Source: an uncultured virus (IMG/VR IMGVR_UViG_3300002066_000001) (taxonomy: Duplodnaviria > Heunggongvirae > Uroviricota > Caudoviricetes). From it: a stretch of 64,000 bases of DNA. The stretch lies in the IMG/VR virus record IMGVR_UViG_3300002066_000001, one strand, 5' to 3'. Below, piece by piece: positions 22,526 to 31,084 of the stretch. Made by a program: the position numbers and the translations under genes. Below the pieces are notes generated by a model. That model made no database searches. It was not told where the DNA came from and saw only the letters and a program-made list of their open reading frames with translations. Position 1 is the stretch's first letter, and every line of letters begins with the position of its first letter.

Positions 22526-22692
22526 CAGAGCGACAGATGTTTCTCCTGTTCGCCCTCTATCTCGACCTGCAAGATGGTGGTGAAGGTTTGAAGTTGGAAT
22601 TGCCGAAGCGTCCTGCTCCCCCAATTCTTCCCGACCCGCTTCCATATGCGTTAGTTCCACCTGATAGATACAAGCGTCGGGACTCCGAGTGA
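22522..22692 (+). CDS. Small Pro-rich hypothetical protein
   Basis: ATGA overlap with the previous gene. Confidence 0.45.
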   Translation: MTERQMFLLFALYLDLQDGGEGLKLELPKRPAPPILPDPLPYALVPPDRYKRRDSE

Positions 22693-23227
22693 GCCGACGT
22701 AACGATAGCGCTCGCTGCCAATAACTCGAGCGCAACTTTAGTCCCCACGTAGAAAGCCGACTGCGCGCCCTCAACCTCATCGTAGTACACCGAGAGGCAG
22801 AATGAGGCTAGTGGTTAGGAATGAGATGATGGTAAGGCGACCATCGGGGACTTTATAAATCTACTGTGGGGGAACTTACCCCCCCCCTAAAAAAAAATCG
22901 CGAACTTTCTTTTGAACCCACAAGTAATACTTGTAAGTTGCTCGGTCTGTCTGCCGCACAGAAGTTAAATGAGAGGCATGGACGCCCTCTGCCGAGAAGA
23001 AACGAGCCCCGCAAGCTTCGAGCTACGGGGACTATTCCGGGATTCGGTAGGCCACCGATAGCGCCTTGGCGCGAACCCTTTCGCGAGGCCAAGAATAACT
23101 CGCGAATCTAGAGCCTCATGTGCCACGCGCACAAAGAGTTCCCTTGTCGATGCAACGAATGGTCGGCAACCGCATTTGTATTCCCCACGGGTTCGTAGCT
23201 TTTTATCCCGCATCTAGAACTTCACGT
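22693..23227 (+). ncRNA. Candidate large structured ncRNA (about 530 nt) inside the tRNA cluster
   Basis: No credible ORF. Hairpins at 22708-22733, 22828-22845, 22920-22934, 23007-23030, 23044-23058 and 23065-23093, plus long-range pairing 22740-22746 with 22846-22852. Confidence 0.5.
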
Positions 23228-23302
23228 GGGCCAATAACTCAGCGGCAGAGTGACCGCCTGTTAAGCGGTTTGTCGGGTGTTCGACTCACTCTTGGCTCGC
23301 CA
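23228..23302 (+). tRNA. tRNA-Asn(GTT)
   Basis: Canonical cloverleaf, accgc-CTGTTAA-gcggt anticodon arm, TTCGA T-loop, GCCA end. Confidence 0.9.
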
Positions 23303-23358
23303 CATGACTAGGGGCAGCTATCCCTGCCCCTAGTCCATCCTTGGATAGAAGGAGATTA

Positions 23359-23691
23359 ATGCCATACAAAGATATAGTAAAGAGAAAGGCTTATGCAAGT
23401 AAATGGCAGAAAGATAATCCACGAAAAGAAGAGCCAGAGCAAAAGAGAATTCGTAACCTAAAACTTAGGTATGGAATTTCCGTTGAAGACTATGATGCAA
23501 TGTTTATTGAACAAGACGGTAAATGTGCAATTTGTGGAAGAGAGTCTACCGATAAATGTTTATGCGTAGACCATAACCATAAAACGGGAAAGGTTCGGGG
23601 GCTCCTGTGTCAGCGGTGTAACGCCCTACTGGGATTGTTAGAAAATCATCCAGAAATGCTTGTTCAGGTACAAAATTTTTTGTTCCTATAG
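23359..23691 (+). CDS. Endonuclease VII-domain (homing-type) endonuclease
   Basis: YGIS.EDY..M...QDGKCAIC...LCVDHNHKTGKVRGLLC..CN; AAGGAG RBS; preceded by a perfect 12-bp hairpin at 23306-23335. Confidence 0.9.
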   Translation: MPYKDIVKRKAYASKWQKDNPRKEEPEQKRIRNLKLRYGISVEDYDAMFIEQDGKCAICGRESTDKCLCVDHNHKTGKVRGLLCQRCNALLGLLENHPEMLVQVQNFLFL

Positions 23692-23757
23692 TCTAATGAA
23701 AAGAGCGGCGGTCTGTTAAACCGTAGGTCGTAGGTGCAATTCCTGCCGAACTCGCCA
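23682..23757 (+). tRNA. Second tRNA-Asn(GTT)-like gene with a damaged acceptor stem
   Basis: gcggt-CTGTTAA-accgt anticodon arm, gtagg-tgcaatt-cctgc T-arm, GCCA end. The 5' strand overlaps the endonuclease stop and does not pair in register. Confidence 0.5.
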
Positions 23758-23758
23758 T

Positions 23759-23823
23759 ATGTCCCTTCGTAACTCAGTGGCAGAGGAAATTGTTGCCCCG
23801 GTTCGATTCCGGGCAAGGGACAT
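23759..23823 (+). ncRNA. tRNA-like RNA lacking the anticodon arm
   Basis: 9-bp terminal stem atgtccctt/aagggacat, D-arm ctc-agtggca-gag, T-arm cccgg-ttcgatt-ccggg, and only about 10 nt between the two arms. Confidence 0.55.
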
Positions 23824-23828
23824 CCTAT

Positions 23829-23918
23829 CATCCTCCAACAGAGATTGAGAGACGCCGTTGCCGTCACCAGTGCGTAACGGGCCGCTTTTCTGCTGGTGCA
23901 ATTCCAGCGGGGATGCCA
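23829..23918 (+). ncRNA. Degenerate tRNA-like RNA with an expanded anticodon loop
   Basis: catcctc/ggggatg stem plus CCA, T-arm gctgg-tgcaatt-ccagc, ccgtt-16nt-aacgg arm. Confidence 0.4.
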
Positions 23919-24030
23919 AATGTGTTTAAGGTTTACCGCCGTGGATAATGGTGCAAATTCTTCCCGCAATCATGGCAATAGGGTGCGACACGGTGAGAGT
24001 CCAAGCGGCACTTGGCGGTCATGTTCAAAT

Positions 24031-24105
24031 TGCTCGGTGGTGCAACAGTAGCATCAGAGGCTCATACCCTCCGGATTCGGGTGCAACTCCCGACCTGAGC
24101 GACCA
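24031..24105 (+). tRNA. tRNA with CAT anticodon (Met, fMet or Ile2)
   Basis: gagg-CTCATAC-cctc anticodon arm, tcggg-tgcaact-cccga T-arm, ACCA end. Confidence 0.75.
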
Positions 24106-24106
24106 T

Positions 24107-24180
24107 ATGGGCATGGGGTAGTGGCAACCTCCGTCGCTTGGAACGATGAGTCCCTAGTCCGATTCTAGGTGCCCGTACCA
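24107..24180 (+). tRNA. tRNA-Pro(TGG)
   Basis: atgggca/tgcccgt acceptor, cgtcg-CTTGGAA-cgatg anticodon arm, ACCA end. Confidence 0.75.
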
Positions 24181-24237
24181 TTTGTTTATTCCTACCATTT
24201 TGCTGACCTCAGCAATATGGTCATGAACACCACATAT

Positions 24238-24319
24238 GGGGTTTATGTCTAGTCCCAAGACGGGTTGCTTCCGCAAAGGTCTAGGTTGGGTGCGCGCTGT
24301 AACATACCCAAACCCCGCC
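24238..24319 (+). ncRNA. Degenerate tRNA-like element (possible Gly TCC remnant)
   Basis: ggggttt/aaacccc stem, gtct/agac D-stem, ttgc-TTCC-gcaa hairpin, enlarged T-loop, no CCA. Confidence 0.3.
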
Positions 24320-24322
24320 CGT

Positions 24323-24398
24323 TGATGCGTAGTGTAATCGGCAACACCCCCGGCTCTGAACTGGGAAAGTCTAGGTTCGAACCCTAGCGCATCAGCCA
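24323..24398 (+). tRNA. tRNA-Gln(CTG)
   Basis: Canonical cloverleaf: tgatgcg/cgcatca acceptor, cccgg-CTCTGAA-ctggg anticodon arm, GTTCGAA T-loop, GCCA end. Confidence 0.9.
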
Positions 24399-24402
24399 AT
24401 AT

Positions 24403-24476
24403 TCCCCTGTCGTCTAAAGGCAGGACAAGGGCCCTTGAAGCCCTGTATCTACGTCCGATTCGTAGTGGGGGAGCCA
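24403..24476 (+). tRNA. tRNA-Gln(TTG) with C33
   Basis: tcccctg/tggggga acceptor, agggc-CCTTGAA-gccct anticodon arm, GCCA end. Confidence 0.75.
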
Positions 24477-24718
24477 TTATTCATATCAATTCTGCCAGAT
24501 TGCAACAACCGCCCGTTGGTCTGAAGAACCCCGGGCAAGAGCAGTCCGACTTTCCGCAGGTTTTACCGACCACAGCACCACAAGGGGGTGAGGACGTTCT
24601 AACATACAAAAAACTACTGTTTATGCACGTTTTGGCTGATTTGTGCCAAAAGCACTGACTTTTTGGTTCAAATGAGCTGAAAGTGGCTCAAATAGTGGGT
24701 AACAAAGGAGAAAACAAC

Positions 24719-25141
24719 ATGGAAATTACCAAAACTACGACAAAAGCGTTACTTATGGAAGCACTCTTCGACGCCGCAATGCTCACAAGAGACGCGGCAG
24801 TCCTTCTCGAACATGGGGACAGAGACGCAGCACACAAACTGTTGGAACTTGCAGACAGTATCACCTTTCCGATACAGCTTCTGCTTTCCGATTTAGAGAA
24901 GGTCGAGAAGCTCCCCGACGTTCCGGTGAGAGGAAAACCTGTCATCGGCTTCGACTTCGCGTCCACAATAAACGGAGACACCGATACGGTAATTATTGCC
25001 ACCCCATCCGACGACGGGAAGACGTGGAACTACCGGCCCATACTGAAAGAGGGGCCCTTCCGCTTCAGCGACCTGAATGCGAAGGATTTCTCGACCACTT
25101 CCGGTTCATCCTTCACCCCAACAGTCACCCTTACTAAGTAG
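24719..25141 (+). CDS. Hypothetical protein
   Basis: AAAGGAG RBS; 140-aa ORF. Confidence 0.65.
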   Translation: MEITKTTTKALLMEALFDAAMLTRDAAVLLEHGDRDAAHKLLELADSITFPIQLLLSDLEKVEKLPDVPVRGKPVIGFDFASTINGDTDTVIIATPSDDGKTWNYRPILKEGPFRFSDLNAKDFSTTSGSSFTPTVTLTK

Positions 25142-25237
25142 TCATCGCCCTCTACACCGAGGGCTTCCCCGTTCCGGGGGTTAAATGCGCCATAAGGGGA
25201 GCCAATCGTGCTCCCCGGGCGATTCACAAGGAGTCCT

Positions 25238-25774
25238 ATGAAAAAGACCTTCATTGAGAAGTTCGATGCTCAAGGGAAGGCCGTAGTCCTCGATTACGCC
25301 GCAAACCATAGTTCCCGGGAGACTGCTGCCTTCATTCAGAAGCAGTTTGGCGTCTCGGTCTCGTATGTGACCATTACCGCTATGATAAAGCGTCACTACG
25401 CCCAACTGCCAACGGAAGTCAAAATCATCAAGTATCAGTCGGCCAAAAACATCTTTGCGATACAGACGTATCTCATGGAAGTGTTCGAAGGCTATAAGGT
25501 AAAGGTTAAAGACATTTCACTGTCCGATGCCATCCGCGCACAGTACCAGATGGGCGCAGTCGAACTTGGACTCAAGATTGCCAAGATAGCAGCCGAGGTC
25601 ATCAAGACACCGCTCGCTGCAACGTCTTCATCCGAATCATCCACCGTACAGGAAGTCGACAGTATGGGGTGGGCGAAGACCCTTGACAGCACTCCTGATG
25701 AAATTGTCGAGGGTGAAGGCGTCGAGACAAACGAAAGCGTTGCCGAGGAAGAACCCTCCAAAGAAGAACACTGA
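25238..25774 (+). CDS. Probable terminase small subunit
   Basis: Immediately upstream of and coupled to terL; N-terminal HTH-like segment and acidic tail. The call is positional. Confidence 0.5.
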   Translation: MKKTFIEKFDAQGKAVVLDYAANHSSRETAAFIQKQFGVSVSYVTITAMIKRHYAQLPTEVKIIKYQSAKNIFAIQTYLMEVFEGYKVKVKDISLSDAIRAQYQMGAVELGLKIAKIAAEVIKTPLAATSSSESSTVQEVDSMGWAKTLDSTPDEIVEGEGVETNESVAEEEPSKEEH

Positions 25775-27060
25775 TGGCATCGCAGTTAGTCTACAAGCCT
25801 CAGTGGTATCAGGTCTCCTTTCACAAGAGCCTTGCCTTTGTGCGTTCAGCGTTCGGCGGTCGTCACTCGGGCAAATCAATGGCTGGCGTCAACGAAGCAA
25901 TCAGGGCAGCAACAGTCGGCATACCGGGTATCCCGGCTCCTAATATCGGTTTATGCGTCTCCCCCACGAAGGAGTTGCTCGAGGGCGACCTTGTTTCACT
26001 CTTTCAACAATATCTTGACTACAGCCTTGTCAAGAAGTTCACCAAACACACCATCGTCTTCACGAACGGCTCCGTCATCCATCTGCGTTCCGGGTTCAAA
26101 CCCGATGCAGTCAGGGGACTCCATCCTAACTGGGCGTTCATTGACGAAGCGGCCTATCTTGAGACGGGCGATGTCTTTCAGAATATCTTGCTCGGACTCC
26201 AACAGGGCGGTCGTATTTGGATAGCGTCGACGCCAAAGGGGTTCAACTGGGCATATTACCAACTCTTCCTTCCGTGGAAAACGGCGGTAGAGAACGGAAC
26301 CATAGATACCGCGCAATACGTCGCCTACTCTTGGCATTCGGATATGAACCAATACCGAAACCAAGACATGCTCGACAAAATTATCGCTGCTATCCCCGAC
26401 GAAAAACGGAGACGACAGGAACTCGATGCTGAGTTCATCTCCTACGAAGGTCAGGTTTACAAGGAACTTGATGTCGAGATAGTCGCAGCAGCCCCTTCCT
26501 ACGTAGAACACGTTGCCATTGGATTTGACTGGGGGTTTGTCCATCCTTCCTCTTTCCAAGTCCTCGGAGAGCGAGAAGGTGTGGTCTACCAACTCGAAGA
26601 AGTCATGTTATATAGCGCAACTCCGCTTCGCGTCTCTGAAGAAGCCGAACGGCTGTCGATAAAATATGGATGGCCGCGCATCTTCGCCGACCCCTCTGCT
26701 CCCGGCATCATGGCAGAAATGGTGCAGTTCAATCCAAGAATCCGTGTCGAGAAAGCCATGAACGACGTCCCAGTTGGCATCGGCAAGTGCGATGACGGAT
26801 TCCGCACCAATAAACTCAAGATTTGCAACGCCCCTCGCTTCTTGGAAGAAAAGAAGGGATACCACTGGGTAGGGGACAAAGTGTTCAAGGAGAACGACGA
26901 TTCCTGCGACGCTTTGCGTTACGGATACTGCGGTATCGAAATACCAGACAACTCGAAAATCATCATCGTCGATACTCGAACAGCAGACGGTTTCAATATC
27001 GGAATGCCAATAGTGCGACATGACGACATTGCGATAGAGCACAGTTATGGAGAGTGGTAA
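25774..27060 (+). CDS. terL: Terminase large subunit
   Basis: Walker A GGRHSGKS, Walker B AFIDEAAY, ASTPKGFN, nuclease motifs GFDWG and DDSCDALRY. Confidence 0.95.
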   Translation: MASQLVYKPQWYQVSFHKSLAFVRSAFGGRHSGKSMAGVNEAIRAATVGIPGIPAPNIGLCVSPTKELLEGDLVSLFQQYLDYSLVKKFTKHTIVFTNGSVIHLRSGFKPDAVRGLHPNWAFIDEAAYLETGDVFQNILLGLQQGGRIWIASTPKGFNWAYYQLFLPWKTAVENGTIDTAQYVAYSWHSDMNQYRNQDMLDKIIAAIPDEKRRRQELDAEFISYEGQVYKELDVEIVAAAPSYVEHVAIGFDWGFVHPSSFQVLGEREGVVYQLEEVMLYSATPLRVSEEAERLSIKYGWPRIFADPSAPGIMAEMVQFNPRIRVEKAMNDVPVGIGKCDDGFRTNKLKICNAPRFLEEKKGYHWVGDKVFKENDDSCDALRYGYCGIEIPDNSKIIIVDTRTADGFNIGMPIVRHDDIAIEHSYGEW

Positions 27061-28469
27061 TGCCAACAACCCCTAGCACTAAGACACCAAAGAAAGTGAC
27101 AGGGGGCTCGACCTCGTTTATCCCGGGAACGACCGCGTCACAGGTGGTCGCAACAAAGGCGAAGATACCGAAGCCGAAGGGCTCCCTCATCGGCGCTGTT
27201 GATGCAAACAACCCGGTTGAGGCGAACTCCAAATGGACTTTTCCAACTTCTATTACCCTCGTCAATGAGATGAGCAGCAGGGATTCGGCAATAACCGGAT
27301 TCCTCAATTCACTCAAAGACCCTATTACGACAACCAACTGGCGTGTATTAGGAAAAGATGAAACACAGCGCGCCTTCATAGAGGACTGTCTGTTCAACAA
27401 GAACAGATGGTATTCCTTTCTCAACTCTGCCCTATTTCATCTCGATTATGGGTTCTATGCGTTCGAGAAGATTTGGCAACTCATCGACGGACAGTGGAAC
27501 ATCGTTGGACTCGAACCACGTGTTCCTGAGACGATACAGGAATTTATCTTCGACCAGACGACATGGCAGGTTACTGGCATCCGGCAGACACTGGGTTCCG
27601 GTACGAGTGTGGACATTCCTCTCGAGAAACTCGTCGTGTTTGTCAACAAACAGAAAAACGACAGTCCGTATGGAATGTCTGTCCTGCGCCCGCTGTACAA
27701 GGATTACGTCCTGAAACAGCAGACAGAGGAATCAAAGTCGATTGCCCTGTCCAAGAACGGACTAGGAATCCCCGTCGTGAAAGTTCCGCAGAACATCTCT
27801 CCAGCAGAAGAAGCAAAGACCGGAACAAACCTCGGGCGCGTCGCAGACGGGCACATCAAGTATTTCATCGAGAAGGGTGAGACTTCTTTCCGCTTTCAGG
27901 GCGTGGAAGGGGCGATACCGGATGCAGACAGTTTCCTTCATTACTTGAAGGAGGGCATCTACGGCTCGCAGTCGCAGAACATCTTCAACATGGGCTCACA
28001 AACATCTGGCGGGTACGACGTTCTCATGACCGCAATGTTCCTGCGTATTTCGTCCATAGCTAAGTACATGTCGGAAGTCATTGAGAATCAGGTCATCAAA
28101 CCAATGATTCTTGTCAATTTTGGGCCGCAAGTCGAGTACCCAAAGCTCTCCGCGACTGTCATGTTTGGCAAAGACCCAATCGCGCTTATCAACTCTATTT
28201 CTCAGATGATTGCAACAGGAACGCTGGCTCCGACACAGGAGCTTGTCGATTTTGTCGGTTCGCTCTTGGAGCTGCCGGAAGGGAGTGTAAAAGTTGGAAC
28301 AGGAAAAGTTAGTAATGCCCCCGGAAACGGAGACGGAAACCAAAACCCTGACGGAACCCCCGTCGCAGGAAAGCCCGGAGACAAGTCAGGAAAACCTGTC
28401 GCCGGAAAACCCGGAGTTAAACCCGCAGTTAAGCCAGCAATCAAGCCCGCTCCAAAGCCTAAAGGATAA
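27060..28469 (+). CDS. Portal protein (DUF935 / Mu gp29-like)
   Basis: Follows terL; YGFYAFEKIW, PYGMSVLRPLYK..LK, G.GIPV, Q.IKPMI.VNFG....YPKL motifs. Confidence 0.85.
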   Translation: MPTTPSTKTPKKVTGGSTSFIPGTTASQVVATKAKIPKPKGSLIGAVDANNPVEANSKWTFPTSITLVNEMSSRDSAITGFLNSLKDPITTTNWRVLGKDETQRAFIEDCLFNKNRWYSFLNSALFHLDYGFYAFEKIWQLIDGQWNIVGLEPRVPETIQEFIFDQTTWQVTGIRQTLGSGTSVDIPLEKLVVFVNKQKNDSPYGMSVLRPLYKDYVLKQQTEESKSIALSKNGLGIPVVKVPQNISPAEEAKTGTNLGRVADGHIKYFIEKGETSFRFQGVEGAIPDADSFLHYLKEGIYGSQSQNIFNMGSQTSGGYDVLMTAMFLRISSIAKYMSEVIENQVIKPMILVNFGPQVEYPKLSATVMFGKDPIALINSISQMIATGTLAPTQELVDFVGSLLELPEGSVKVGTGKVSNAPGNGDGNQNPDGTPVAGKPGDKSGKPVAGKPGVKPAVKPAIKPAPKPKG

Positions 28470-28470
28470 C

Positions 28471-29415
28471 ATGTGGGCGAGCCTCGGAGAGTTGGAAGTC
28501 GAACTCGTCGAGGGAAAGCAGGTCATCAAACCCGTCAAGGTTCTCAAGACCGGGCTGTATTCGTATTGGTCGAAGGACGACATGAACATCAACAAGGATG
28601 TCATCCGTCAGATGGTCACGAACTTTCACGACGGCGTCAAGCCAAAGAAACCGCAGAAGGTTCCAATCGACTACAATCACGGTTCCCTTCAGGAGGGTGA
28701 CGGAAGGGCCGCAGGTTGGATTCAGGACTTGGAGTTCGACGAAAAGTCGGGCTGGTTGCTTATGTATCCCAAGTTTACAAAACGCGCTCAGCAACTCATC
28801 GCTGACGAAGAGTACAAGTACACGTCCGCAACCTTCGCGCTCGAGGGGATGGACAACAAGGGTAAAGGCGTCGGGGCGTATCTTGCGGCTGTGGCACTGA
28901 CCAACCGTCCATTTATTGACGGTCAGAGCGGTATCGAGTTCAAGGACAACACAGAAGTACCACCTATTCAACCCATCCTTCAGGAGGAATCAATGGAGAA
29001 CGACACCAAGGGCGTTACCGTCGAGATGTTCGAGGCAATGAAGACCACGAACGCGACTCTCGAAGCCAATTTCACCGCAGTAAAGAACGAGAACGCCGAG
29101 CTCCGGGAGAGCGTCACCGCTCTTGTGAAGTCGGCAAAGCACGACAAGGCTGTCGCGTTTGCAGACAGCGCCGTCATCGGGAACAAGGTTGCCCCCGTTG
29201 AGCACGACCTCTACGTCGAACTGTACGAGAACAACGCAGAACTTGCAACGAAGCTTGTTGCAACTCGCACGGCTGTGGTTCCTGCTGGACGTATCGGCGA
29301 GAACACCCCCGCTCCCGAGACCAAGTTGTCCGAGTACGACGAAATCGTAAAGCTGGCAACCGCGAAGAATATCAGCATTGCTGATGCTTCTATCATGTTC
29401 AAGGAAGGCAAGTAA
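28471..29415 (+). CDS. Mu gpI-like prohead protease with a C-terminal scaffold
   Basis: PIDYNH, AAGWI, YKYTSATF and AVALTNRPFI motifs. Confidence 0.88.
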   Translation: MWASLGELEVELVEGKQVIKPVKVLKTGLYSYWSKDDMNINKDVIRQMVTNFHDGVKPKKPQKVPIDYNHGSLQEGDGRAAGWIQDLEFDEKSGWLLMYPKFTKRAQQLIADEEYKYTSATFALEGMDNKGKGVGAYLAAVALTNRPFIDGQSGIEFKDNTEVPPIQPILQEESMENDTKGVTVEMFEAMKTTNATLEANFTAVKNENAELRESVTALVKSAKHDKAVAFADSAVIGNKVAPVEHDLYVELYENNAELATKLVATRTAVVPAGRIGENTPAPETKLSEYDEIVKLATAKNISIADASIMFKEGK

Positions 29416-29747
29416 TGAATAGCTCAATCGCACTCATCCAGCACGAAAAGATTGGAATGCTCGTGGCCGTCGACATCAACAGCGATGGTGAGGCTTGTCT
29501 TCCCACTGCTGGTGGCCGGTTCATCGGCGTCTGCCAGAGTCCCATGCCCGAAATCGGACAGGCCATTCCTGTCAATATCGAGAGGTGCATTGTTGTTGAG
29601 TCTGGCGGGGTTTACGCCGCTGGCGATTACCTCGCCGTCGACGCTGCGGGCAAGTTTGTGGCGTCTGCCTTAAACGCACCCACGAATACTGTCGCTTTTG
29701 AGGCTTCCATAGCCGCTGGCGACAGAGTTCAGATTATCCGTCTGTAA
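29415..29747 (+). CDS. Capsid decoration or cement protein (DUF2190-like)
   Basis: Lies between protease and capsid; VESGG...AGD.L..DAAGK...A.EA..AAGD.V motif. Confidence 0.7.
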   Translation: MNSSIALIQHEKIGMLVAVDINSDGEACLPTAGGRFIGVCQSPMPEIGQAIPVNIERCIVVESGGVYAAGDYLAVDAAGKFVASALNAPTNTVAFEASIAAGDRVQIIRL

Positions 29748-29759
29748 GGAGGACGAGAC

Positions 29760-30722
29760 ATGTTCGATATTAGACTGATTCCCCACAGAGACCCTCTTCA
29801 GACCGACGTCTACAACGAGTACAAGCCGCAGGGCATGTACATTCAGGATTGGAAGGCAATTCCTCACCGCAAGGTCGATGCACTGACTTCCGTATTTGCC
29901 GACATGGCCTATACCTCATCCGAGTGGAAGGGGGAATGGACGTGGGGTGCCGAGATTCAGACCCTGTTCGAAGACATCGGGGGTAACAAGACATTCAGCG
30001 TTTCCATGTGGGCGCGAGGTCTCTCCATCAATGCCGACAAGCTCAACGAGCTCATGCCCGCATGGTTGGCTCAGATTGTAAAGAACGACGCAACTACGGC
30101 TCTCAAGCGCACCATGCAGACACTCATCGAGCGGAAGTACATCTCTCTGCTCACGACTCCGGCAAACTACGCTACCGGATTCACGTCTATTCCTACCGTC
30201 AAGTGGGACGCCGCCAGTGGTTCGACTGTTCAGGCCGACATCATCGCGGTACTTCAGAAGATGTCCAAGCTCGGTCTAAATGTGACACACATCATCATGC
30301 CACAGGTTGTCATGGACGCCCTCACGCTCAACAGCACTCTTATGACCGCGTTGCACGATGCGTCTGTCCCTGAGTTCATCGTCACCACGGAAGTCCTGCA
30401 GAAGTTCACGGGCATCCTTCCTTCGATGATGTTCCATCCGCAGGCATTCTCCTTTGGACGTCCCCGCGCCATCGACATGAGTCAGGGTGCAATGGCTAAT
30501 CAGAATCAGATTTGGACGGACGACGTTGTCTTCCTTCACATCGAAGATGCTGGCATGGGAACATACCCGTCCATCGTCGCTCTTGATTACCTCGTCCCCA
30601 CGATTCAGCAGCTTCCGTACAACCCCGAGACGCTGGACACCAAGTTCATCGCTCGCCAGTCAACGACCCCCGTCCTCTTCAACAAGGATGCGGCCTATCT
30701 GCTTCACGACGTCCTCACCTAA
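29760..30722 (+). CDS. Major capsid protein
   Basis: Position, 320-aa size, strong AAGGAGG RBS, C-ending codon bias; KWDAASGS...ADI and AAYLL.DV motifs. Confidence 0.8.
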   Translation: MFDIRLIPHRDPLQTDVYNEYKPQGMYIQDWKAIPHRKVDALTSVFADMAYTSSEWKGEWTWGAEIQTLFEDIGGNKTFSVSMWARGLSINADKLNELMPAWLAQIVKNDATTALKRTMQTLIERKYISLLTTPANYATGFTSIPTVKWDAASGSTVQADIIAVLQKMSKLGLNVTHIIMPQVVMDALTLNSTLMTALHDASVPEFIVTTEVLQKFTGILPSMMFHPQAFSFGRPRAIDMSQGAMANQNQIWTDDVVFLHIEDAGMGTYPSIVALDYLVPTIQQLPYNPETLDTKFIARQSTTPVLFNKDAAYLLHDVLT

Positions 30723-30724
30723 AT

Positions 30725-31084
30725 ATGTACTGCTCGGTCGACGACATCAAGGCGTACTGGTCGTCTGACCAATTGCGGAACAAGCAACTCCCCCCAACAG
30801 GGGAGCTGCTTTCCCTTGCTGCTCAGATTGGAGCGGAACTGACAGGATTGATGAAACTGTACGGCTATTCCATTCCCGTCATAGACCTCGACTTGCTCGC
30901 CTACCTCAAGACGGCGAATGCGATGGGGGTCGCCGCTCTCGTCGATATTAAACTCCGTCCCGCAGGGGAAGCGATGGTCAATGACCTCGAACAAAAGTAC
31001 AGGGAAATGAAGAAGGCCCTAGCCGACAACGTTTATCGCGATTCCATCTATGTCATCCCCGATTGGGCGGTGAATACATGGTAG
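30725..31084 (+). CDS. Head-tail connector (Mu gp36-like)
   Basis: MYCSVDDIK...GYSIPV; directly follows the capsid gene. Confidence 0.65.
   Translation: MYCSVDDIKAYWSSDQLRNKQLPPTGELLSLAAQIGAELTGLMKLYGYSIPVIDLDLLAYLKTANAMGVAALVDIKLRPAGEAMVNDLEQKYREMKKALADNVYRDSIYVIPDWAVNTW

Noticed and set aside
22693..23227. tmRNA
   Set aside because: No tRNA-Ala-like termini and no tag reading frame were found.
23935..24020. Cobalamin riboswitch-like words (aataggg...cggtgagagtcc) within an accgcc/ggcggt stem
   Set aside because: It lacks the GGGAA and B12-box elements and has no downstream gene to regulate. It is at most an unassigned structured spacer.
24227..24242. NrdR-box-like acaccacatatggggt
   Set aside because: It is a single degenerate copy and is not upstream of a nucleotide-metabolism gene.
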